DNA from: Eledone cirrhosa
Lineage: Eukaryota
Direction of reading: 5' to 3'
Assembly: GCA_964016885.1 (NCBI GenBank)
Contig: OZ024756.1
Coordinates: 43,586,001 to 43,650,000 of the forward strand
Length of the DNA stretch: 64,000 bases
The notes under the pieces were generated by a model. It had not been told where the DNA came from. It did no database searches and was given only the letters and a program-made list of their open reading frames with translations. The position numbers were made by a program, and so were the translations under genes. The first letter of the stretch is position 1. Each line of letters starts with the position of its first letter. This document shows, piece after piece, positions 1-13,679 of this stretch.

Positions 1-210
1 GATATTAGTGGCTAGATTAGATAAGAATGGGGAGTTAAGCCAGGTTATATTTCTAGGTCTATTCCTTCTAGGGGTTCTAGTGGAGTTGGTAGGGTCCTTC
101 CTAGGGTTATTACCTGGGGATTTGTTATTTGTCATCCCATTTCTCATTCCTATTCTAGGGTTGATTTTTAGTTTGCTACTTGGAGTGGGGAGCACGCCGC
201 TGCCACCATT
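1..210 (-). mobile_element. Penelope-like element fragment, running off the left edge of the window
   Basis: Minus-strand translation ...TRTPRRNRPRNITWLNSPFLSNLATNI resembles the RT-to-GIY-YIG linker RRSRNVTWFNPP in the Penelope ORF at 48150-49444. Confidence 0.65.
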
Positions 211-433
211 AATATATATCTGGCTGTCTCACAACAGGATAGCACGTCCTACCCATGCTAGAGTGGAATATGGACGTTAAACAATGATAATAATGAGGAT
301 GATGGATGGAGCTTATATGGTCCAACAAGAGTGCTAAACATCGCTCCTTGTTTGGTCAAACACACACATATGTATATATATATATAATATAAATTTGCAT
401 TGCTCTATTGTGCTACAATAAAACTCACCTCCT

Positions 434-477
<44 letters not shown>

Positions 478-481
<4 letters not shown>

Positions 482-2916
482 GGAAGATGGACATTGTTTA
501 GTGTACCGAACTTGCATGCTACACCGTTCATCCAATTTTCATGAAATCTCACTCATATATAAAACTCAACGCGTAAAGTGGAATAGGCTACTTGAAATTT
601 TCGAAAAATCGATAATCGGGCCCTATGACAGAATATTTTTCGATTCCAATGAAATTTTATGTGAATTCGAACACAAGAACTCTTAGTTTACATCTGGCGC
701 AATAAAAATAAATTTCATATGCCCATATAAGGACGTGCGTTGGACGGCCAGCTGCATGTCTTCCCAGCTGTCTCAGTAAACGACCGACCATTAAAGAGTT
801 TCTCTTTTCATATTCCACCTTATTCAAGTGGAAATACAGTATTATCCCTATCTGAAAAGGGAACCGAATTTAATGGTGTCTTTTGTGAACCTAAAAGCTG
901 TGAGTAAATTTTCAAACAGTCTTAAATAATCATGCTTTTTGAAAAAAAAGTTGTGTTGTACACATACAATACAAGTAAAAACATTTACGTCGTACCAATG
1001 TTTTCCTTTTTTAAACAAAAGATTCTAAAAAATTACTTAATTTATAATACAGTCTTTTACACAGGAAGTGAGTAACTTTTCGGGTGTTTAAACGTAAGTT
1101 CACCAGGGTTTGTGTCTTCATTACGACTAAATGTTATGAGCGTATTTGCAATTAATTGCGCACACGTGCACACCTGCATGCATATAGACACTGACAGCCA
1201 ATAAAAAATCGATAACTTGCTTATTAAGATATCGGTCAAAAAGAGAGATTGAATGTACTTTAGAACATTTTTTGAATATATTGTTCTTTTTGGCATGATA
1301 TGTCAGAAATATAGCTACTATACACTTTGGTTATTTTTTGTAACTAAAAAATGGTTCCTTTTGGGTGGATACTTAACGAGAAAAATCCTAGGGTTTTGGA
1401 CAAGTTTGTTTCAGGCGCTGTATAGACGCCTATTTTGTCACACCTTGGTCATGAATTCGTATTCTTTTCCAATAGATATTTTCCGCTCTATAAGGCTCAC
1501 CAGGATATAAGGCGTATCATTTAAAATCAGGCCCGCGCAACGGCGTGTAAGGCCAACCAGAAAATGCTATCTTCTTTACTTTTAGTCTAGATCTATTACT
1601 TCTGTTAGAGCCGTGATTGATTACCATTGTATTATTTATACATAAGGCTCACCGGAGTATAAAGCGCAGAGCTGTTTTTTCATTAAATTTAATTATTTTA
1701 AGTGCAATTTATAGACGGGAAAATTCGGTAAGTTATTGTAATCATATTTCCAAACCTTCCCATTCACCAGTAACCATGCTAACGAATCTGGTGTCATCTC
1801 TCTCTGTATTTAATCACCTCTCTCTAACCTAACAGCTTCGTTACACGTCGTTATGCCCATACGGAAACGTTCAAGACTTACCTCCAAAAAAGGTACAGCT
1901 ACTGCTTTGAGACAACGAATTAGGCGTTCTCAGGTATGAGTTCATTCACAATTGATTAATCCTTTATGCAATATTCTCCCTTAATGTTAGCAAGTACTGC
2001 GTTTATCTTAACTGTCACCACTTTTAAGCAACTACAACATTCTAATCGTAGTTATATTAAATTTATTGTCTTACCTTGATTCCCTTTTGTTCATGTTAGA
2101 CTTTTCTCATTTACTATTGACACTGCCATTGGCTTAGCTAACCAGTAGAATTAATTAATTTTCTCTAGGAAACACCTGCTGAGCGCGAATTTCGACTCGC
2201 TGATAGACGTCTTTCCCGGCTGGTTGAGTCACCAACATCACGTACGACAAGGGTCGCTGATGTTCGCCTTCGTCGCCAACAAGCGCTGACGGAGGAATCA
2301 CCAACATCCCGTCAGACGAGGCTTGAGTCTGTGGCAAAGGGCAATAACCCTAGATACAATTTTGTTCAACTTTTTTTCACCTATAGAAAATTTACCGGGA
2401 CAGGTTTTTAGCTACTCAAATCTACTTCAGAGATCACGCATTGATGTAAAAAATCAATAAAACTGAAGCGGGGCTCGACTTTGCACAAAAAAACAAGGCA
2501 AAGTTACACATGGGAAAACTTTTTACAGGAACGTCCTATATTCTTGAAAACTGTCACAAAAGACTCGCCATTATGCCGCGGTTAAGATAAAGGCCCTTTT
2601 AATTCTTCTTCTGCACATGTAAGCGCAAAAATTGTAAAAAAAAAAAACCCTGAAAGTAATCGACATTTTCACCCTGCTTTAAATTAACTGAACATTCAAT
2701 ATCAAGCGATTTTGACTTCCGTCAGTCGTGCAGAGAACAATTTCAACGATACACTGTGTAACTACAATTAATAAATTACACACCTGTGTCTACTAACCTA
2801 TATTTTTCCATTGAAGTTCGAAGTTTTGAACCTGTGATGCGCGGGAAGTAACTTTCACACATTCTAACAGACCAAAGGTCGACTTACACCCAGGCAACGC
2901 CGGGTACTTCTGCTAG
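478..2916 (+). mobile_element. Non-autonomous Helitron (composite; 5' boundary approximate)
   Basis: 3' end has a GC-rich hairpin CCCAGGCAACGCCGGG followed by TACTTCTGCTAG|T. It lies within (TA)n and carries an internal Helitron-like N-terminal coding remnant. Confidence 0.65.
1853..2339 (+). pseudogene. Two-exon Helitron-type N-terminal coding remnant with STPR-like repeats
   Basis: Exon 1853-1933 encodes MPIRKRSRLTSKKGTATALRQRIRRSQ, then GTATGA donor. Acceptor TTTTCTCTAG, then from 2169 ETPAEREFRLADRRLSRLVESPTSRTTRVADVRLRRQQALTEESPTSRQTRLESVAK. The E(T/S)P..R..RL periodicity is STPR-like. Confidence 0.6.
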
Positions 2917-2931
2917 TATATATATATATAT

Positions 2932-3135
2932 AGTTTTAATATAGATGAGATTCTACAGGACTAGAACTGTTTCATTCTTGAGAAATCATCAGGATTCCTG
3001 ATAATTTCTCAAGAATGAATCAGTTCTAGTCCTGTAGAATCTCATCTATATTAAAACTTTTATACTCTGCTATGTATTGAGTACCTTACTTACTGTGGTT
3101 ACCCCCGATTCAACCCGGAATAAGTTACCTTTAAA
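2932..3135 (+). mobile_element. Short Penelope-type pLTR remnant with a 5' inversion (~125-bp palindrome) and a hammerhead-like motif
   Basis: 2932-3058 is a near-perfect palindrome. The minus arm reads CTGATGA-tttctcaagaat-GAAA-CAG-ttctagtc-CTGTA-GAATC. Flanked by (TA)n. A related fragment lies at 5862-5905. Confidence 0.55.
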
Positions 3136-3169
3136 TATATATCTATCTATCCTTCTATCTATCCTTCTA

Positions 3170-3231
<62 letters not shown>

Positions 3232-4238
3232 GATAGAAGGATAGATAGATAGACATACACTTATGTTTTGTGTTTCAACAATGAAGAACTTGTCATTCTG
3301 TTTAATTAACCATGATATAATATTTTGTAGGAAAAACTCTCTACATTATGTAGGATGAATTGTCACAACAATAACTCTGATATTGTGAGCCATCTCCGAA
3401 TCAAATATTTTCTCTATTCTCTGTTGATTAACAAATTATGCAATCTGAACCTGATGATGTCGCCAGTGTCCTACGTAACCTGGCCATTGAAATATATATA
3501 GGATTTTTTTTTTTGCAACAATAAAACTCTAAAGGGATATCACCAGCCCAGCCTCCTGTAGCTTTAATCAAATTAATATATAGAGACAGTTGTAGTTTGC
3601 TTGAAGGATTGTTGAATAGGAAATGTAAACTGAAATAAGTTTGAAAGCCTTACAATGCATTGAAAATTAAAGGTGCCAAGATAGCGATAGTATTTTACCA
3701 TAGCAAATTTAATTATACTAAATATTTTCGGGCTTAAAAACCCATTATCAAGGGAGGATCCGTATGAAGGTCTTCAAAGATCAGTCGGAGTTGAGCTGCT
3801 GTTTGGCTGGCAGATTTAATTTAAATGTAAGGAAAAGACGTTAAAAGTTCGAGTGTGCACGTTGTGAAATAGGTGTGATAAAAAGTGTTTGATATATGCA
3901 TGTGTGTGCGTGAATCTAAGTGTGTATGCTTAACGAGGACGTAGATTTAATTTAAAAGAATGAATCACATTATTTTGTGTCTCTTCTTTATTCTGCCCTA
4001 CACCATCTGTTTTGTGAGTTGTGGCACATATATATATATTTGTACATTCATATGTACATGCATGTGCACATTTATATTTACATGCACAAAAAACTTCTTT
4101 TAACAACCTTAAACTTTTAACATCATTTCCCACTGGATTTTCTCTCAAGAGTTACGTTGAGTCATAACAAGTAGTGTAGAATGATGTAATAATGTAGATT
4201 TCATAGTCTGACTACGTAATACATTGATCTCTAACGGG

Positions 4239-4396
4239 TAGAGTCGGATTTACCATTGTGCTTAGGTGTGCTTAAGTTGGTCAGTGGGACCTTTCTTGCC
4301 TGTGTAGGCCTACTGAATTTACCTCTTTAAGGACCTAAGTAAGGGGCGTAATAACTTAGCTAGCGCAGGGCCACATTTGTCTTAAATCTGGCACTG
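4239..4396. mobile_element. hAT-like MITE (also present in unit B, ~37558-37727)
   Basis: Imperfect TIRs TAGAGTCGGATTTA...TAAATCTGGCACTG with degenerate 8-bp flanks CTAACGGG/CTAACAAG. Confidence 0.45.
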
Positions 4397-6308
4397 CTAA
4401 CAAGTATTAGTACACAAATTTAAAAGACTAACAACTTAAGAAGAAAAAACAGAAATAGAGGCTTGCACTGTTACTGTAGAAATTGAACCACATATGTTTA
4501 GCTGGTAAGGCATAAATTGAGGAGAGAGGGAGAGAATGTAGGGAGACGGGGAGAAGGGAAAACAGAGAGTGTGTCTAGGAGAGAAAGAGGGTGAGAATAC
4601 TGGGGCGGTGGAAGCATTTCTGAATGGGGCGAGGGGTAACGTTGGTCAATTTAGTTGTAGTGATTAGTTTAGCTGTTATCTAACTGACCTGATATTTTTG
4701 TACATCCCCGTCCAACCCTTTCTGAACAATATGAAGATTTCTAGGTGTTTCCACGAGGGAATAACCTAGATATAACTGTCCATGGGTAAAATACGATTCT
4801 CTTGTATTCAATTCTACAACTTTGAAACTGAGTCTGAGCTTTATGTACGTTCATAGCAAAACTCTCTGACAGGGAACTGAAGTGTTGAGAATTGCAGCTC
4901 GGCAGAGGAAGGGATAAGAGAAATCTTGGGAATAAATGCATTTTCTCCTTGATGATTGCCTCCAAGAATGGTGACCTCTAGGAGATGGTTCGTCATCCCC
5001 TAGCTGTAAAACGTGTGCCATTGCTTAGAAGTAGCAGGTCCACATTTCTCAAAAGGATGAGGAAGTTCCAATATTTTATATTATATGTAGATATAGCTAT
5101 ATAGATATAGATAATTGTATCTGTTAGAACACGAAAAGTGTGAAACACAGAATGTTCACTTTTCGTGTTCTAACATATATGCCTAGCTTCTTTAAAAATT
5201 TTTCGGGGATAGCCGTGGTGGTGATCGTATGTGATTGGCTAATTTTCAACCAATCAGAGTACCTCTCTCTATATCTCTTCCACTGTTACTTACGCCTGTT
5301 TCTCTCTATCTGTTCCGTCTCTATTTATATCTCTTACTCTTTCGCTTTGCACTCCTCCCCTTCAATACCATCTCTCCCCCTCTCTATATATTTGTTACTC
5401 TATCGCTGCACGCTCCTCTCCTTCAATATATCAATTACACACGCTTTACACTCCTTTATCCCCAGCGCCCCTATATATACACCCCCTCTCCCGCATCTAT
5501 ATTTTAATGTACCGTTGCACCGTGAATACATGTGTCTATATATATATATACATATATATTGTATATACACATTCATGTATGTGTATACACACTCATGTAT
5601 GTATATACACTGGTTTTATGTGTGTATTGTAAATTTGTACTGTTAAAACACGAAACTAACATTCGATTGACACTTTGATTACCTGTACAGGCAATAGTTA
5701 TTAGAATGCTGTTGAAGTGTGTATATATTTTTGGGGGACATCCTGTATATACACACATTATATATAATACAATAAACAGATAAATACACACATATATATA
5801 TGAGCTTATTTAATTATAAATATTGTGAATTTTTAACTCAGTTCAATTATATATATAAATGGCTTCTACAGGACTAGAACTGTTTCATTCGAAAGAAATC
5901 ATCATAATATTGAGAGGGGGGACTAGATAAAATATTTCAAATCAAATGTGTATAAGTTATAAGTTAAAATGTATAAATAGAGACGATAGTGGAGGTATAT
6001 CTGTTTAGTGGAACAGTAGACGATAGAATTAAATACAGACGATAATCTCCCTTTAATGAAACAGCAGACGATAGAATTAAGGCAATTTAAATTTTAAGCA
6101 TTTGCATTTTTGCCTTTCATCGTTACGGGGTCGATAAAATAAAGTACCAGTAATACACTGTCACTAGACGACTTTCAAATTGAATTGTTGGTTCCATTTC
6201 TTTAGTATTTTCAATTGTAGTTATCTACTTAAAAAGCGTTACACGGTTAGAGACATAATTCGTAAGTTATATCTTCCCTATTAAACCATTGCATTATTTC
6301 GCCTACAG

Positions 6309-6497
6309 GGCGGTGAATTGGCAGTATCGGTAGAGGGTTGGACGCCATGCTTTCTAGCATAGTTACGTCCCTTTACAGTCTGAGTTCAAATCCCGCCGAG
6401 GTTAACTTTGCCTTTCATCCTTACGGGGTCGATAAAATAAAGTACCAGTAATGTACTGGGTAATTTGCTGGCCTTGTGCCTAAAGTAGAAACAATTA
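6309..6497 (+). mobile_element. tRNA-derived SINE with Nin/Deu-like central domain
   Basis: A-box-like TGGCAGTATCGG, B-box GAGTTCAAATCC and central TTTGCCTTTCATCCTTACGGGGTCGATAAAATAAAGTACCAG. Many copies in the window. Confidence 0.8.
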
Positions 6498-6717
6498 TTT
6501 CGCCTACAATAGAACAAAAATGAAATGTTCTTTAAAGAAACAGGAATATAACTTTATAAAAAAAAAAGTTGCATCCGCTTCTTTTATCATTGATAATTTT
6601 TTCGTTTTAATATTAATTGTTTTTTGCAGTTGTTTATATTAAAAATCTTACTGTAATATTTACTTAAACGAAGGCAAACATCTAAACTTATAGATTAATC
6701 TTGAGCGAAGGACTAGA

Positions 6718-6825
<108 letters not shown>

Positions 6826-7219
6826 AACGAAGAATGATAAAATTTCAAGCAAAGAGTTTAATTAGGTATATTTTGTAATATTATTAACTAATTATTATAA
6901 TTAACGCGCATATTTTGCTATCCTCAAACACGTTTACACATGGCATGAAATATAACTAATCCGAGATGGCTAGGTTTCATCTTCTAACTGGATAAATGAA
7001 ATCCATTATGTCTTGACAACAACATGAGGTAACATTATGTTATTCACAGACACACTTTGTACACTGTTCCATATCAGAATGTATTTCCTTCGTCACATTC
7101 ACAAACAGTATTGAAAATATGTTCTTCGGCAAATAAAAATGTTTTGTTCATAATATTTCAACTAGCGATTGCTCTACTCCACGCACGACCACCATAAATT
7201 AATGACCAGCTCAACACAA

Positions 7220-7390
7220 GTATTGGTAGAGCGTCAGACACCATGCTTTGCAGTATTGTTATGGTCCTTTGCATTCTAAGTTCAAATCCTGCCGAGGTTA
7301 ACTTCGACTTTCATACTTACTAATTCGATAAAATAAAGTACCAGTAATGGACTGCCGTAATGGATTTGTGCCGAAAAATAGAAACACTAT
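7220..7390 (+). mobile_element. Degenerate copy of the same SINE
   Basis: GTTCAAATCCTGCCGAGGTTAAC...GATAAAATAAAGTACCAG. Confidence 0.65.
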
Positions 7391-7942
7391 TAATGTGCAA
7401 TAAGAGCAAAATATAACGACATTGCTCAATTATTTTATCTAATGTTGTAATAACACAAGGAAATGTTGTTTGTGTATTTTTTTTTATATTTGCTCATAGG
7501 CTTTTACAATTTCGCTCAGCCAACAACTATTAAAAAGTGAGTTGCTTAAGATAACAATTTAATCACAAATTGTTGCTATCTTTTAATACACTCCAACAAG
7601 TCATCAAATTATGTACAATAAAAACAAATCTTATTAATTTGCTCAGGGAATATAAAGAAAATGTATATACACTGATAATTGCAATTGTATGTAAATATTT
7701 TGTTTTTGTATTGTATATTTTATGTTTTCTATTATGTATAATATATTGATTTAATATTGATTGTTTTTTGTAGTTGTTTATATTAAAAGTCTGAAAATAT
7801 TTTTATACATCTTACACTAATATTTATAAGATAATTTATAATAACAATTACATAATCTAATTACATTACAACGATAATTTATTATTAATATATATCCTGT
7901 TTAACTAGAGTTATTACAAGCGTTGCCTTAAAAAAATATTAA

Positions 7943-8899
7943 ACTAGACATGAAAAATGCGCAAGCTCAAAAGTGCCACAGAATGTTATAATAAACCTTC
8001 AAAAGTGTGGGACTAGAGTTGTTGCTAAAAAATATTGTAATCATTATATATCGTACATTCTGTGGCATCCTTTATAAAAATAGCTTAAACCAACGAAGCC
8101 TTTATTTTTACGCTATTTCACTTAGTTAATTCTTAGAGTGTAACATATAAAAATAAATACATCTATGTTTAATGTAATAACAGCTATAAATAATTACGTA
8201 ATATTATTATCATATACTCATAGTAACAAAATAATTGTGTTGAAACTTAATATGATGCTTATATGAACGATCAAATCTATAATGATAATTTCTTAAATAT
8301 ACTAATAGTAAAATAATTTAGTTATCTATTGTTACATTTTCATAGAACTATAATATTAACAATCGTATTGCATTATCAAATTTTTATCACTACAAACTTT
8401 CATATTGGAATTACCTTAAGCCACTTATTATTACTTCGCTTTCGTACTTTTACAGCTGTAGATATTGCGCTGTATCTTATATCTAATATCAATATCTCGT
8501 GGTAATTTGCATGAAGTGTAAAATAGGTTTATTAATAACTTTAATATGAAATGTATTATACAGGGCTGCGGAGTCGGTCAAAAATTGACTGGCTCCAACT
8601 CAGGATCCGATACTCCATTATTTCCTAAATTTCAGCTCCGCAGCTCTGTTATTATATTAATTAATTTATTTTATAGTTGTAAATCATATTTTTATATGTT
8701 ACACTCTAAGAATTAACTAAGTGAAATAGCGTAAAAATAAAGGCTTCGTTGGTTTAAGCTATTTTTATAAAGGATGCCACAGAATGTACGATATATAATG
8801 ATTACAATATTTTTTAGCAACAACTCTAGTCCCACACTTTTGAAGGTTTATTATAACATTCTGTGGCACTTTTGAGCTTGCGCATTTTTCATGTCTAGT
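7943..8899. repeat. Inverted repeat with 213-bp arms (7943-8155 and 8687-8899) and a ~530-bp spacer
   Basis: ACTAGACATGAAAAATGCGC...TAACATATAAAAATA is the reverse complement of 8687-8899. Confidence 0.9.
8561..8648. mobile_element. 88-bp hAT-like MITE
   Basis: TIRs CAGGGCTGCGGAG...CTCCGCAGCTCTG, with an 8-bp TSD GTATTATA/TTATTATA (7/8 match). Confidence 0.65.
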
Positions 8900-9682
8900 A
8901 TAAATATGTGTGTGAGTAAACCAACGTCCGAATCGTGTGTCTAATTCTGTATATCTGATTAAGTATTTACGTAAAGATTTGTGTCTATGTAACTTACTAA
9001 TGCGTAACGTACATAACGAGCGAGCAAACACACATACACTCACAGACACACACTCATATACAACATGTGACATCGTCGTCGTGTTATAAAATATCCGTTT
9101 ATTCATAGTAGATTATTTTAGATAAAGTGTTATATTGTTTTAATCTAAATAAAAATAAAAATTATATCTTGTTAATCCCGGGGTCTAATACTATGTAAAA
9201 TTTAATTTGATTAGGTCAAGCCGTTTGGGATTGCATAAGGAAAATACAGACAGACAAAGAATTTATATATATAGATATAAATTAATTATCAAAAAAGTTA
9301 TTAGATTTTTAAATGGCTTTGTTACTTTGGGGCCACGCTGTATATTGGAAATTGGAAATTTTTATAACTTTCAAACTTTTAAAAAGTTTCTTTCGTTCTG
9401 TGTGATCTGTAGAATTGACGTAACTAATTAGCGTCTAAGGAAATCTGGGGGAGAAAATCCCTACAGAAAAATCCACAGAGCCAGAAAAAAGGACATTCAG
9501 GCAGATATGTACTGTGATAGTTGACTAATATCTGACATCCCTTGAGACTGGAGGTGTAACTAGGTAGAATAGCAATTATTGCAAGCAACGAGATTCTGCC
9601 AAAACAACTGACACCCTTCTTATATAAATCAGCTCAAAATTCCAATCACGCCGTCGTGCACTAACTCTTTATATATATATAT

Positions 9683-10470
9683 AATTGTTTCTACTTTTTG
9701 GCACAAGGCCAGCAATAATCACAGTGCATTACTGGTAATTTATTTTATCGACCCCGTAAGGATGAAAGGCTAAGTTAACCTCGGCGGGATTTGAACTCAG
9801 TCCATAAAGGGGCGTAACTCTATGCTGGAAGGCATGGCGTCCGACCCTCTACCGATACTGCCAATTCACCGCCCTTATATATATATATAATTGTTTCTAC
9901 TTTTGGCACAAGGCCAGCAATTATCCAGTGCATTACTGGTACTTTATTTTATCGACCCTGTAAGGACGAAAGGCAAAGCCAACCTGACCTTGTGCCAAAA
10001 GTAAAAACAATTATTTACATGACGAAACCAGACTCTAGTTAAAGGAAAAATTAACTAATTTTATCAATATGGAAAGAAAATATTTAAATATACAGCTTTC
10101 AATGACAATAGCGGTGGAATGGCAGCATCGGTAGAGAGTCGGACACCATGTTTTGAAGAATAGAGTTACGGCCCTTTACGGTCTGAGTTCAGTCGGAGAG
10201 AGAGGGAGGGATGAGGGAGGGAGAAAGGAAAATAAAAGGGGGGAAACAGTAATAATTGTTCCTGATTAAGGAACAAAGCCAGCAATTTTAGGGGTGAGGA
10301 AAATTTAATTAAATCGACCACAGGGCGTGACTGATACTTTATTTTATCGACCCTGTAAGGAGGAAAGGCAAAGCTAACCACGGCTGGATTTGAACTGAGA
10401 ATGTAAAGGGTTGTAACTCTATGTCGCGAAGTAGGGTGCCCGTCACTCTACCGATTACTGCTACTCCACT
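9683..10470 (-). mobile_element. Cluster of SINE copies and fragments
   Basis: Full copy at 9683-9874 (-), partial copies at 9890-10012, 10110-10190 (+) and 10250-10470 (-). Confidence 0.75.
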
Positions 10471-10595
10471 ACCTGCGTGTAAGAGAGGAGGAAAGTGTAT
10501 ATAACAGAGAGAGAGAGAGAGAGAGAGAGGTGGAGTGTGTAAAAGACAGAGAGAGCAACATGGGGAAAATTAAATTGTCTTTTGTCTTAACTTAC

Positions 10596-10716
10596 CGCCT
10601 GAAGTGGAACGAGCCATCATCATCATCACCATAACTATTACCATAGTCCTCAACAGGTTGGGCAGAAATAAGCGCCGACTGCCCCCATCAACAGTTGTAA
10701 TATAACAGCAAGACAT
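10596..10716 (-). CDS. Signal-peptide exon of IgSF paralog 0 (remaining exons lie left of the window)
   Basis: MSCCYITTVDGGSRRLFLPNLLRTMVIVMVMMMMARSTSG followed by G|GTAAGT (phase 1). Identical to 38591-38711. Confidence 0.75.
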
Positions 10717-10868
10717 ACCTTGATCCAGGTAAAATATGAATTGTAACAGAAATAAAAAAATATTTTACAATAGTTTTTCTTGTCTAATTAATGTCTGTGG
10801 TGTAATAAAATTAATTAAAAGAAATGTACAAATTATAAGGTAATTAAACAGGTTAATCTAAACATAAG

Positions 10869-10993
<125 letters not shown>

Positions 10994-11057
10994 CAGAAGT
11001 AACAACACAATCGGTACAGTATATATTAGGTTAACGATTGAAATAGCAGGAAGAGGG

Positions 11058-11093
11058 TCTTAACGTTTCGGACGCTAGTCCTTCATCAGAAGA
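11058..11093 (-). ncRNA. Minimal type I hammerhead ribozyme motif in a Penelope-type remnant
   Basis: TCTT-CTGATGA-A-GGAC-TAGC-GTCC-GAAA-CG-TT-AAGA. The paralog at 39094-39129 has a GTC cleavage triplet. Confidence 0.65.
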
Positions 11094-11351
11094 AAGAATG
11101 AGAAATAAGATAGATTGAAGGGACGGGCGGGTCGGAATTGGAAAAATGTCTTTAGATAAAACATAATAGGTCCATTCATGTTGACATCTCTAGGAAAACT
11201 GTTGGTGCTGGCGTTTTGTGTATGATTTATTTTTTTTAGAAAAGTGGATGATGGAGCGCGTCTACCTGAAATGAAAAGAAAAACCGTTTTGGAAAAAGAG
11301 TTATACGTGTGTATGCATATGTGTGTCTGTATGTGTGTGTTATTATACGTC

Positions 11352-11966
11352 TATAACGAAATACACCTATGCTTTACCGGCGAAGATTCGAAACCGAATC
11401 TGAGGTTTCTCGCCTCTGGGACCATGTATCGTTGGAAGTTCCCACCAAAAGACAATGATGATTAACGTACATACCACCTGACCTGTGACCTCAGCTTGTA
11501 GACAGGGGAAACACAGATGGCTGCCCAGAAATCAACTCATATACACATCCTTCTAGCTATAAGCTTATTATAAATACAAGGACTTAGTAAACCCAACACA
11601 GACCCGAAGCAGCAGTCAGTGAGAGATAATCATGTAGGCACCAGCAGACCTTTTACCCTTTCTCTCACATTCTCGGCCATAGACACAACCAGAAATGAAG
11701 CAGCAGTCCTTGACACACACACACACACACACTTAGTAAGTTCATATTGTTTACATTCTACACTCATTCTATTCTTCCGTCTCACTGTATTATTGTAACG
11801 TCGAATTGATACACGCATGCACGCTAACTCGAAGTAGCTAGCCAGCAAATTAATGTAGGGATAAATTCTGTCACATATTGTTATTGTAAAATAAACGTTG
11901 TTAACAACACAATCCTGGCATTGTTCTTTTCATCAAACACCCATCAAAGAATATTTATCCGCTACA
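11352..11966 (+). mobile_element. Probable solo LTR
   Basis: Termini T(A)TAACG...CCGCTACA, 4-bp TSD CGTC/TGTC, internal TATAAA and AATAAA. The 5' part is deleted in unit B. Confidence 0.55.
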
Positions 11967-12964
11967 TGTCCGTACGAAGCTAATAGAAACGTGTGTGTAT
12001 ATGTAAGTAAAAGAGTGTGTGTGTGTGTGCTTGTAAGTACGAAGCTATGAGTAAAACTCTGTTAATATAAGGGTGTGTATATAGAGCTGTGAAGGGAAAT
12101 GTGTTGTTTGCATATTTTGTCGGTCTGTATTAGTTGTCAGAGATTATGTTTCTGCCCATAAGAGAGCCATAGGAATCTAGGGGTGAATGTACAACCCCGT
12201 GTGATAGTGGACGGGGTATTAAAGAAATTGGGAGGTGAGTTGAGTCCATGAGGGAAATAGAACCCAAGGCGGTGAATCAGATATAATTGTGTGAGTTATT
12301 AAATCGTGACGTTTTTTCTGGCAAATATCGAAAAATACATATGGCAAAGTTAGTTTTCCTTGTTTTATTAAAACCCTGAATGAAAGTAGTTAAAATAATC
12401 CGTATGTGAATAAACAACACATATACCACATATATATTTCTCTAGAGTGGTGAGCGTGTATTAGAGACAAATATATTTTGAAATGAAATCTAAAAACAAA
12501 AGAAGAACGACCAACTTTTAAAAATGGAACAAGTTGCAGGTAATATAGTAACAGGTTATTTTACCTCAACTGATTTGTCTTGTAAGTTAGTAGCAGCACA
12601 AATACACACTTACGTATGTAGCGTTCCAAATGTTATGATCAAAGAACGCCGTCTCATCATCTAACTCTCTGTAACAGAGTTCTCTCTCTTAGACCATCTA
12701 TTTCTCATATCTAAGACATTTACTCTCACATTCTTTCATCTCTCTGTCTCTCTATTTCTCTTTTACTATCAATCACATCCCCTCTCTGTCCTTCTCTATA
12801 GAATGGAAAAAGAGAGATAATTCCAAAACAAAATGGCCAGATTGTTTTTAAATGATAACAGGAAAATAAATAACATTGAATTCCATATAAATTACTGTTT
12901 CGTTTCATTTTTCTTCTTTCATATTTCCACCAATATTTGCAATGTTATTTATACACCTGTATAA

Positions 12965-13150
12965 GGGCGGTGGATTGGCAGTATCGGTAGAGGGTCGGAC
13001 GCCATGCTTTCCAGCATAGTTACGTCCCTTTACGATCTGAGTTCAAATCCCGCCGAGGTTGACTTTGCCTTTCATCCTTACGGGGACGATAAAATAAAGT
13101 ACCAGTAATGTACTGGTTAATTGCTGGCCTTGTTCCTAAAGTAGAAACAG
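12965..13150 (+). mobile_element. Young SINE insertion specific to unit A
   Basis: Full SINE flanked by a duplicated GTTATTTATACA(C/T)CTGT. The empty site is at ~40678-40695 in unit B. Confidence 0.85.
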
Positions 13151-13679
13151 TTATTTATACATCTGTCAATTAATATATTGTCTGTAATTCTATTAAATTT
13201 TGTAATTACTATGAATTCGTTAGTTTTATATCGAATAATAATAATTGTTTCTACTTTTGGTACAGAAATTATTCAAGTTTATTACTGGTACTTTATTTTA
13301 TAGACGTGGTAATGATGAAAGGCAAATTTAACAGGTGTTGCGTGTGAGGGTGCTTGGTTGCTCCAGCGCCTTAGCCTCGCTATCACCAGTAATAATGCTG
13401 CCAGCATATTGGTTTGCCTCAAAAAGTATTAGAGGGCGGTTCCGGCACCCATTGAGGTGTGTGACTGATTGACAAACTTAATGTTGAATTAATATTTTTT
13501 TCGAGTTGATTCTATATTTTTATGTGAAATATTTAAGTAATTAAGCAGTATATATATTATTTGTGTGTATAGTTTCATTCTGCGAGAGTGCATGGAATAG
13601 TGGTTAGGGCGTTGGGCTAACTTCGTTATTCTATTGCAAGATATCTTATCTGAAAAGGTGTGTTGAAACAGGTATTGAT

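Larger units (their letters stand above)
7905..9275 (-). mobile_element. Non-autonomous Helitron containing a 213-bp inverted duplication and a nested MITE
   Basis: On the minus strand it begins A|TCTATATATATAAA and ends GCAACGCTTGTAATAACTCTAG|T. Confidence 0.55.

Noticed and set aside
8-280. Hydrophobic 90-aa plus-strand ORF as a membrane protein
   Set aside because: It is the antisense of a Penelope coding fragment joined to an RTE-type tail.
6309-6400. tRNA gene
   Set aside because: The A/B boxes belong to a SINE head with a conserved non-tRNA body, and no clean cloverleaf is evident.
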